Under the pieces are notes generated by a model, which searched no databases, was not told the origin of the DNA, and saw only the letters and a program-made list of their open reading frames with translations. Shown one piece after another: positions 53,340 through 64,000 of a stretch of 64,000 bases of DNA. The DNA lies in assembly GCA_964035545.1 (NCBI GenBank), contig OZ037773.1:7159751-7223750 (forward strand). The letters are read 5' to 3'. How positions within the stretch are numbered: the stretch's first letter is position 1; every line of letters starts with the position of its first letter. This stretch comes from Bugula neritina (taxonomy: Eukaryota; Animalia; Bryozoa). The position numbers were made by a program, and so were the translations under genes.

Positions 53340-53702
53340 CACTGTGACCTCATGGAATTTGGGTAGCTCAACTTAAATACTCAGACAACCTGTTAAAACC
53401 AAGTAACAACCTTGATTAGAAAAATATATTTATCAACTAGGCCTATGTGTGTTTTAATATCGATAACATGTTTATATAGCTTGCTAACACCTGACAGATC
53501 CTGCCAGCTCCTGTCAGGTGCAGATAAATACGGATAGGTGCAGATAAGCATACTTTCCCTCCACCTGTGTTACTGTACTTTTATTTGTCGATTAGGTTGT
53601 GATGTAGCTATGTAGTCATACAACTTCAAATACTAAAGATTTTTGCTAGAGCTAGTGCATTTCGAAACGCTGCAATTCCACTTTCACCTAATTACTCTAG
53701 AC

Positions 53703-55407
53703 CAGGGCTGTCCAACAGGCGGCCCGCGGGCCGGATCCGGCCCTCCAGCTATATTTGTGTGGCCCCCCAAAGGTATAGCAAGTTACAAATTTTTGTTCAT
53801 CAAATTTGCTAACTAGCCTGAAACAGCAGCACATGGTATAGTTGAAAGCATCCCACTAAGAATTTCTATTAAAATGTAGTTTAAGTTCTTCTACAATATT
53901 GTTCTGTGGGTGGCATGCGTGTTGCCTACTTGTCATTGTTTAGCCTGAGATCAAACTACAACTAATAACAGCAAGCTAGTCATTATAGTCTGTTAGCTAG
54001 CAAGCCTGTGACTTATAGTAATGTAGACCCCTATATTATATGCTCATCTCTACGCGTTCACCGAAGTGTGAAGTGATGCACAGTGTTTACTACTTGAAAA
54101 GAAATATACCATTTCCGTGTATAAATCCACAATTTATATAAAATCTAAAAGTCATTGCTTTTTTATTCAGATATCATGTTTTCCTGCTAAGATATTTTAC
54201 TGGTACTACAAAAATCAACTTTTGAGGCAAAATTAGCCAAAAATGTGCAGTTTTTTTTCTATAACTTTGCAAAAGAATGAAAAAATTCCAAAAAAGCTGC
54301 ACTGAGAAAAAATAAGATTCACACCATAGTTTTTTAATTTTGATTCTAGTAGCCTTCAATTAAATAAGATTGTTTTTACTGGTACTGAATTTTTACACAG
54401 TTACAATGCAAACCTCAGCAAGGCAGTTGCAGCTAAAAAGTTGCCCTTAGCTATCCTGCGCAGACAGGTATTTCAAAGACATTTAATCAGGACAGGCCAT
54501 ATAGAGACAAGACTTTTTTGAAAGTATAACTAAGATCTCATTTTTATTGACTGTATTGTGAAAGATAAGTAGCTGAAGAATCCCTGACACTTCATTTATA
54601 CAGTACTAAAATATTCTTATGTATATGTTAGTTTTCATTTACATACTGTTTTAAGGTTAGATGCCTAAACAATTTTGTTTTATAATGAATTTTGTGCGAG
54701 TATGTACTGAAATGATTTGGGATTTGTGATTGCCTTGACCTTTGACTTTTGACTGCTTGTTAGATGCTGCACTGCACTGCGATGGCTTGAAGGTTTGAAC
54801 TCTGAGCTTTCAATCTTCAGTCAAATGAAATACACAAAATAAATACTACACTTCACTCACTAGTCAGCACTTAGTCCAGCAACTAAGGGTTATATGTTCT
54901 GATACGAAACCAGATATTAACATAATGGTTCAAGGCAAACAGTATTCACTGTGTACTCTCAAGTGTTTCACTGATGGTTGTAAAATATAACTATACTGAT
55001 ATGAGTACAGACTCTTAGCACTGGCACATCTTGTTTAAATTTGCATGTACAATCATGAATATATACTTTGTATGAATATATATGTATAATTTCTTATGCA
55101 CAAACATAAATGCATATATAATTATTGATTATTTAAGTAATAAAAATGAAATGTTTCTTGTTTACCTATTTTAATTAAATGCATATATACACACATACAC
55201 ACATACATAATATATATCTATTCAAATATGTTATGATTTTAATAAACATGCAAAGCCTAGCCCTCGCTTATAATTACAATGCATATGGCCTGCAGATGTT
55301 TAATGAATCTTGAAAATTTGTTTTAAAAACAAAAAAAATGTTGTGGCCCCCAGCTCAAGCTGAAACTTGCAGACTGGCCCTCGGTCTGAAAAGGTTGGAC
55401 ACCCCTG
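53703..55407 (+). mobile_element. Non-autonomous hAT DNA transposon (Charlie/SPIN-like), 1705 bp
   Basis: TIRs CAGGGCTGTCCAAC / GTTGGACACCCCTG (13 of 14 match); exact 8-bp TSD CTCTAGAC at 53695-53702 and 55408-55415; subterminal GGCCCGCGGGCC; frameshifted transposase C-terminal relic at ~54816-54974. Confidence 0.93.
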
Positions 55408-55694
55408 CTCTAGACTCTAGAGTAACTTTCTGAACAGAAATTGGGAAAAGCCAATGTATGAGTCACAATTACTGAGAGTGTGAGTCACACATACAATAAT
55501 CATAGTGTAGTATAAACATAAACATTGTGGCTATAAGGGAAGGTCAAGACTTTAATCAAAGAGGCACACAATAATTGAATATAAGTAAAAAGAAATATTC
55601 TTATGCATTACCTGAATTCCATGGACTCAAGCAGTGAAGGTAGTAAGAGATGATACATGGTGATGAATAAAGGCTGTCAAATAACACAAGAACT

Positions 55695-55811
55695 AAGTTA
55701 CTAGTGAAAGGGCTCAGTTACTAGTGAAAGGGCTCAGTTACTAGTGAAAGGGCTCTGTTACTAGCACAAGGGCTCTGTTACTAGCACAAGGGCTCAATTA
55801 CTAGCACAAGG
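55695..55811. repeat. 20-bp tandem repeat (GTTACTAGTGAAAGGGCTCA / GTTACTAGCACAAGGGCTCT), 6 units
   Basis: Visible array. Confidence 0.9.
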
Positions 55812-57631
55812 AAGTTTGAATGCAGCCTGTTGATTTAGGCTACTGCTAGTGAATAGACTTATGATAACATTGCGCTGCGGCACACTGATAGCCGATTGCA
55901 CAATCTCTCTGCTTTGTAATTCCTCTGTGACCTAATAATATAAGATTATGAGAGGCCAATTACTTTAGTTATACTAAGGAATCAAATTTCATTGAAAGCT
56001 GTTCAGAATTATACTTCTGTGTTGACACAGAAAATGCAGCATTTGAATAGTGAAAGCATTGAGTGGTTGAGTGAACTGCAGTTAAAATAGCACAATACAA
56101 CGTGCCCATGCACAGTGACTAATCATTTGAGCTCTTGTTTGGAAGTAATCTTGTAATATATTGTACAGACTAATTAGCTGGTTTATTCAACCCCTAACCC
56201 CCTCTGCCACCCGCCTGCCATCCCCCCCTGCCACCCCCCCCCTGGTTAAAAACTTACCAATGCAATCAGTGAAAAAATTGCCTACTGCAAAAATTTTTTT
56301 GTAGCAAAATATATATTATTATGAAAGAGCTAAGAGAAGTAACCAATATATGTTGGAACTTGTTTAATTGAAGCATTTAGGACTGCTCTGCCCTAATTTG
56401 TACAGGTAGCTTTGTAGTTCGTAATATATTGTATTAGCTGTATCAGTAAACTGGTATTGCATTGTATACAGTCATGATATGTTGAAAAAGAATGGCCATG
56501 GATTGAAATTGCTTTATTTGGATAATATTTTAATAGTCTTGTTTGTACAATACCCAATATGTTGGAGTTGTTTTTCTTGATGTTACACGCTATATTGGAG
56601 TTATCTTTTCTGGGAGCTCCACACTATATTGGAGTTGTCCTATCTAGATGTTATACCATATGCTGGAGTTGTTTTTTCTAGATGCTACACACTGTTTTGG
56701 AGGTCGCCAATTAATGGCATAAGTACAATCTATAAAATAACAAATTCACAAAAACGTCATCAGCTCTTGGTAAAACGTTGAAGACTTTTCTATCGTGCAC
56801 ATTCTATGTTTGGAAATAGCTACAGAGAAAGTTATTACTGAAACAAGTGAGCAATTTTCAGCCAAGACCTAAAGTATTTCTGCAAACTTAAGATAATATA
56901 TATATGAGATACTTTAATTTAGCTTTACAGTAGTTTTTGACAGATTCTGAGGTAAATTGCTCGTATATAAAACCGAATTATTTTGCAAAACCCGTCTGCT
57001 ATAATTAAGCATTATTGTGCCTACATGACACTCAAACTAAGTGATTCTGCTTAGTCATGTTTTTAGTTTGTAGCTTGCTGCAACTGATAGTAAAACATAT
57101 ACTTTTTGTCGCACGTTTTGCTTAAAATTAAAATAATTTCTGACTAAAATATTGTCTCAATATTATTACTATTATATTGTTATTATATAATAATTATAAT
57201 ATATGTGCGCTATATACTATATTTTATTATTAGAGAATATAGGATCTTTAAAATTTGTAGTACAATATATTATCAGAGTATTGCATTATAACAGCTAATT
57301 TCATAAAATTGTAGAGAAAATTAATATTGTATTAGTTAAAAAAAACAAAGAATAAAAAGTATAAAATATGAAGCAATAGAATACAACACATGGGTTGCTG
57401 GCACTAACTGAGTGATCATAATCTAAGTATGATATAATATAATGATGTATATTATATACATAATCAAGTGAGTTCCACAAGAGAGCAAACTAATGATACT
57501 ATAGCTAGAAGAGATGAGCTCATAACATTGCTTACATTACAAAAGTTGACTTCTAACCAATAGGTTACTCGTTACTATAGTAACTGGCCACTCTGTCCAG
57601 ACCTGAGACCTACTAGTGGCTGATGGCCGTG

Positions 57632-57881
57632 GTCAGCTGTCTATTTAAGTGTCAACTGTCCATTAAAGTGTCAGCTGTTTATTTAAGGTGTGAGCTGTCT
57701 ATTTAAGTGTCAGCTGTCCATTAAAGTGTCAGCTGTTTATTTAAGGTGTGAGCTGTCTATTTAAGTGTCAACTGTCCATTAAAGTGTCAGCTGTTTATTT
57801 AAGGTGTGAGCTGTCTATTAAAGAGTCAGCTGTCCATAAAGTATCAGCTGTTTATTAAAGTGTCAGCTGTCCATTAAAGTG
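57632..57881. repeat. 19-20 bp repeat with ~58-bp higher-order period, overlapping the CCDC91 stop
   Basis: Minus-strand units ACTTTAATGGACAGCTGAC and variants. Confidence 0.9.
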
Positions 57882-60800
57882 GTGATGTGTTTACTTGCTG
57901 CCTCCAAGTACACGCCAACAGCTGCCAAACTCCTTCTCTGCACTTCCTTGTCACGCTATAACAGGTGTCACACAGGTGTCACACACAGGTGATGAAGAAT
58001 ATTAGAGAGGCAAAACAATATCAGGTGAAGGAAAATATTTCCATTGCATACACAGTATCGATAAAACTTCAAACAATTATTACGAGTTGCTGAGATATAA
58101 TCAGGTTGGTTTAACTTTTATTAGCATTTAGTAGAGTGTCTACTAATCAGAAGGGACGTGCTTACCTGCACCCGCTCAGCTAAGTAAGTATCTAGACTTT
58201 CCCTATGTGATGTCATACTGGACTCCAACGTAGCCTGAAATCTCGCTGACATTTCACAGCTCTGTTTCTCCCAGTAATCCTGCAGACACAATGTGAATAT
58301 AGAATTCGTCACGTATTTGTGTGAATAAACTCGGAGACACAAATAGATTAATAATTAATAATAATAATTAGCATGAGTTCAATAGTGCCATGGATACTGA
58401 GTCTAAAGGTAACTCAGTAAGTGAGCCATCACTCCGAAATAATTTCAAACATGTATGCACAAAATGTATTAGAAAAATACAATGCTCAGACATACTACCC
58501 TGAAGATGTATTTAGCTGATGTCCAAGATACATATGAATCATTTAATACAGCATAAAAGTAAAGAATTAAAACAAAGTTGATGTTTAGCCACTTAGAAAG
58601 GTTTATATTCAAGTATAGAGGAGGGGGGGGGGAGCCTCATTACCTTTCCAGCTGTTCTGGGGAGGTTGTAGTCGTACCCTACTGAGTGTAACCCCCCCTG
58701 AGTCTATAGCTGGCATGCACTCACCATGCTGAGAGACCTTTGGTCATCTGCTACCTGAGTGAGCTGAGATTTCACAGAGGAGTGGAGCTGATCAGTGGCT
58801 ACATCTACTAGTGACTGTAACATTACAATGGCACACTTAACAGGGGTGGATTACCAACACATTGACAGGGGAGAAACAGAGCTGAGTGGCGGTGGCCGAG
58901 GGTATAAAAAAGTAGGCAAAGACATTATTAACTTATCTTGACAAAGCTGCAGCTAATAAAAGTTTTCATTAAAGAGGATTGACTTTTAAACTTACTAGTA
59001 TATAGGTATTAGTATAGTATTAGTATGAGTATTAGTACAAATATTAGCATTTAAAGTATTAGCAGAAATATGAGTATAAGTACTAGTGTAAGTATAAATA
59101 TTAGTATTGTATTAGTATTAATGTGGTATCGGTATATCATATACTATTAAAGAAAAATATCCACAAAAATACTTCATAATTAAATTGTCAAAACTGCACT
59201 CTTACAGCAGTTTAGTAATAGTAACAGTGATAGTTGTTGTGATGGTTGTCATAGCAACTATCACAACCAATGGAGGTATAATATCACCACAACAAGCTCA
59301 TTTACGACATGATAGAATCATCCAGCCTACAAACTTCACCAATACTACAGCTACAGAGGATCACATGTTTCTAGTATATAACTGAATAATTTCGAGCAAT
59401 CTTCAAACTAGAGGTTGTAACAAACATCTACTGTAGCATCAAAGTTAAATAAAGAGAGCCAAGTTAAAGGATATATTGATATAAATTTAGCTACAGTTAG
59501 TAATACAGGAGATGTTATCTTTATGGCCAGCATTTACGAGTTTACATATATACTGTGAGAGAACGCAAATACCGGTATACCTTGCAGTTGGACTGCATGT
59601 CAGCCATCTTAGACGATAAACATGACTCAACTTCCTGTAACGCCTCGGACTTCATCTTCGCCAGCTCTTCCTTCGCACTATTCATCTCTGATTCATTTTT
59701 TTCTAACCACTTAGTTTTTTCAGTCTAGCAAAACAAAACTATAATATTTTAATGAAACACTTGAGATATGGGGAATATGCAGCAGCACAACCTTTTCAAT
59801 AATAGCATAAAATCTTCTCATTCAGCTTTGCCATTAACCCTTGAAGGGTAGAGTGTGTAACTGTTACGCAGTGTACTCCAAGTAGAGTACAACTGTGACT
59901 CATTTGACTGCGAAGTCCAGTGTAACTCTAGCTAACATGATTGTGGAGAGAGTTATTGTGGTAGTGAAAAGTGAATTAAAACAAAGATTCATGATATTTA
60001 AATGCAAATAGTTGACTTAAACTGAAGGATATCTTGAGCATGAGTTGACATAATCATAGGTGGATTATATAGAATTAATAGATCCAACTAACCTCAACTC
60101 CCTGTTGGAGTCTAGCTAAGGACTCCTCGTACTTTTTGTTCAACTTTTCTGAGAACTCAGTCTTCCAATTCTCGTATGATTTAGTCTAAAATGATGAAAC
60201 CTTTTATCAGCAGTTACCACAGCATAGCAACTTGTGTGCAGAATTTTGCTTAACTATCAATCTCAGAAATTTTCATGTTCATCTCAAGAGCACAATGCCT
60301 TGACTACCGGCAGCGCTATTGCACTTTAGGCATATGCGTTTCTCTCAGTGAATTCTTGCTCTTTGTTTTAAAATGGACTAGACTAAAGCACACTAAATTA
60401 AACAGTTCATACACTTTGTTTTGAATATATACAATATTCACTTATTCTTGTCCCAGTGCCACCTGTTGGTATAAAATAGTTACCTGTTCACTTAGAATTT
60501 TCTCAAATCTAGAAGCTTCTTTTTCAATCTGTTCGGTAAAGAGTTTAGTAGAAGAGAGTTGCTGCTCAATGATGGATAACCTCATAGACTCCTGTAAGGG
60601 TAAAACAATGTGAAGTAAATAATAACAGAGTATAAGTAACAATGATAGACAACTTCAGGGACACCAAGGAGGGTAGAGTAAGTAGCAGAACCCCAGGGGC
60701 CCCAAGGAGGGTAGAGTAAGTAGCAGAACCCCAGGGGCACCAAGGAGGGTAGAGTAAGTAGCAGAACCCCAGGGGCACCAAGGAGGGTAGAGTAAGTAGC

Positions 60801-63342
60801 AGAACCCCAGGGACGCCAAGGGGGGTAGAGTAAGTAGTAGAACATACCTTGTACTCATCTATAATGAGACTCACAGCCTTCTGGTTTGACTCTTTCAGAC
60901 CTTCCAACTCTGCCTTATGCCTCACCTAAAGTCATACCATGACTCTAATCATTCCTCACAACTTCATACAATAATTATTATAGGGGAAAGATTTTATACA
61001 ATTTTTCAAACCTAATTTGAGTAACTATTTTTATCTAACACTACAGGATGTAAAATTTATTTACGGCAAGGATAAACGTGTTTAAAGAAAATTGAAAGAA
61101 GCCTCTTTAGCATGATAGTAATGATGAATTAATTGATTGACACCAACCATTTAAAATCTAAATGTTCTTATAGAAGGATTCTCTCAGTTATACCACAATG
61201 TTTATATATTATAAGAAGTTACAAAACGAGCAGTATTTTTACCGGTTATTAATAAAAAAAGATAGTCTTTATTATTACAAGGCAATACAAGAAACAAATG
61301 CTTAAACCGAGAGACTAAACTGTGAACATTGCTATTGTTAAGGCAGGGATATAGTAGGACAGCTTGAGAACAGCTTTTTAAGAGCAGTTGGAGCATCGTT
61401 AAACTTTCAACTTCTAAATACAATGAGGTCAATAAAATCAAAACAATGACAGATTGATCAAACTACATTTTGGTGAACCCAGCTTCACTTTAAATCATCT
61501 AGATTCTAGTCTCAGGTACAGGTGGTTATGTAACTGATAGATTACCTGAACCTCCTCATACTTAGTCTTCTGTTCAGCCAAGTCTCGTTGTAATCTCTCT
61601 AAACTTCTAGAAAGTTCTTCATGCTTCAGCCTTAGGTCAGCTGCTTCCTGTAAATATAAACATCATCTTAAATTAAACCAAGTTCCCAACAACACTTTTA
61701 TCTACATGAACATTTACATGCAAGACCGCTACAGTTTTTGTATGAATAATGTTCACGCCTCTCCTTAGATGCTGAGTGACTATAAAGTAGTATACACCTC
61801 TCTGTTGACATAAATATCTCCATGCTACTTTACAATAAGTTATTTATTATCATGTACTGGAAAGATAACTCTTTACAGACAATCTTAATAGGACCTTTAC
61901 TCAAGGTGACTGTACATAACTCAAGTTTGAAGATTTACTAAACAGTAGAATTGTTTATTGCTACTGTAGGGTTAAGATAAGTGCCAGTATATAATTCTCA
62001 AGAATGATTGAATAGAGAGACAGTATAAAGTTATTTAGATATAGTATAGAGTTATTTAGATATATTATAGAGTTATTTAAAGATAGCATAAAGCACTTTA
62101 GAAACAGTATAAAGTTATTTAGTGATGGTATAAAGTTATTTAGGTATAATATAGAGTTGCTTAGATATAGTATAAAGCAATTTAGAGACAGTATAAAGTC
62201 GTTTAGAGACAGTATAAAGTTATTTAGAGACAGTATAGAGTTATTTAGATAAAATATAGAGATATTTAGAGCTATATTGTAACTAATATATAAACTAACA
62301 GATCTGTACTTCTGTTTCTCTTCTAAAGCAGTTTGCAGCTGAGCCTGCAGATCTTTAGCTAGTGCTGTGTCTACAACTGGTGTTGAAGATAGTTTCACAC
62401 TCGCCTTCTACAATATGATAACATCTAAAGAAGATTAGAATATTTAAGCTTCTAAGAACTAAATGAGAGCAAAGAATTTTAAAAAAAAAGAGTGGAGCAA
62501 AAAACCTCTGAACAATTAAAAGAACTTCGTTGGTAATAAGCTAATCAGCTGCTGTCGAGTTGTAATAGCAAAAAATATAATCAATGCATTTTGTCAAGAA
62601 AAGAAAAAATATATTTTTAATTATATTTCAAGACTGCTTTCCTGTGCTGCAAAACCAATACTATGTTTCTGCATTTTTTAAGTCTTCTAGTTATTGATTT
62701 TGTAAAATTTTAAAACCTTGGATGTCACAATGAAATTGTCTGGGCAGTTTTAAACTATAGAGACATCAGCTACATTCATTTGCTGATTTCTGGTTGAAAT
62801 GTAATTACATGATCACTAATCCTCCTTCAGCTATCAAAAATAACAGAAACTAGATGCAGGAAATTGAGACATGGCAACTGAAAGCAAAACAAAGTTTTTC
62901 GCACACATCAATACATACTATACGCAATAAATAATAATTTATACTAGAATATAATCACCTCTGCCTTATCTTCCACATGTTCATCTTTTGACCAGTTTAT
63001 AGAACTCGAAGATGATAAATCGGAAAAGGCACTGGTAAACAGAGATTCTACAATATTTCAAATTTAAAGCTACATCACAAGATCTCCATTAATGAACTGA
63101 ATAAATTGTACGTTAAACAAACAATAAACAACTAGAGTACCTTTCGTGTTGGATACGGTTTCGACAGCAGATGGACTTGGAGAGTCTTTAGCAGAAGCTT
63201 GGAGACTGGCAGCAAGCCAAGGAATTGCTGACACATCTGGTGTAGCACTGGAGGTCACTTCCAATCCATGTTCTACATCAACAGCCGGGTCAAAGTCTGT
63301 TTCAGCAACTTCAAACCCTCCAAAGTCATCATCGTCATCCAT
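57863..63342 (-). CDS. CCDC91: Coiled-coil domain-containing protein 91 (p56 GGA-binding partner)-like; about 11 exons
   Basis: N-terminal MDDDDDFGGFEVAE (GAE-domain-binding DFGGF motif), SAIPW, HKAELEGLKESNQKAVSLIIDEYK, IEKEASRFEKILSEQ; C-terminal QRRSLAAVGVYLEAASKHITTLMDS*. The exact 3' end is less certain. Confidence 0.88.
60655..60842. repeat. 38-bp minisatellite, 5 units, directly after a CCDC91 donor
   Basis: Recurring CCAAGGAGGGTAGAGTAAGTAGCAGAACCCCAGGGGCA. Confidence 0.9.
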
Positions 63343-64000
63343 ATGCCTACCAGTATCTGGTGACTAAAATTAAAGAAACATCAAAACGTGTACCTGTGGC
63401 TGTATTGCAGTCATTCATACTGATACTCATACCGATTAAGATCAACTTCTAAAATAAAAATGAATCTTTATATTGAAAGTTGATTTAGCACTATCAAATT
63501 CATTATCATTAAACATCGTAAGCATCCAGGTTATTTTGATAAAATCAATTACTGTTAATTAAAAGATCATACTTTTTTAGTAGCATTCACAAAATATATA
63601 CAAAAAATCTCAACTCAATATACCAGAAAAAATGAATTAAAATATATGTGTTAATAGCACTGATATTGACGTGACCGTGGCGCATGAAAAATCTGAAAAA
63701 AGAGTTGTCTTCTTTTTTTCTATATTAATATATAGAGCTTGTCGTGAAAATAAAAATTTTTTTAAAAAAATATTGTGACCCTCTGGTAACTTCCTGAATT
63801 TAGAAAATTAGCTCATATATTTCTTTTCATGTGGACAACAGCTCACTTTTTTTTAAATTTATTTTGAAGCTCTTTTCGTAAAAAATAATCAAAAGTAAAA
63901 AATCCAAAATTTTTACAAATTGGTTCGGGGCTTGACGTGAAAGGCATTTGGACGAAGATGTCAAGGTCACCATTAATAAATTTATTTCATCACAATTCAC

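Noticed and set aside
55612-55931. Candidate AG..GT-bounded exon linking CCDC91 to the TRIM-like gene
   Set aside because: Splice signals are only plausible, there is no homology support, and CCDC91 already has a fitting C-terminus ending at 57863; needs transcript data.
63660-64000. Possible dispersed repeat at the window end
   Set aside because: Ends, TSD and a convincing second copy cannot be defined within the window.

Overview
AT-rich, intron-rich metazoan (invertebrate-like) genomic DNA; the species cannot be determined from the sequence. Manual splicing at GT..AG boundaries gives nine protein-coding genes: the 3' end of an ARSB/I/J-type arylsulfatase (+), two tandem, highly divergent Bcl-2-family paralogs (+), TMEM26 (-), mitochondrial pyruvate carboxylase (-, 23 coding exons), JTB (-), SPATA6 (+, head-to-head with JTB), a RING/B-box/coiled-coil/beta-propeller TRIM-like gene (-) and CCDC91 (-). 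There is also a complete 1.7 kb non-autonomous hAT element with an 8-bp TSD, two small MITE-like families and many intronic minisatellites. Most long ORFs in the supplied track are minisatellite artefacts. Two signals stand out. (1) The Bcl-2-like pair is not evident from the ORF track; it has BH1 'TWEN' in place of N/TWG(R/K), no recognisable BH3 and no C-terminal membrane anchor, and shows exon-specific homogenisation versus divergence. (2) Across the window, tandem repeats repeatedly copy an exon edge together with its splice site. All gene models are hand-built and unverified by transcripts or database searches.
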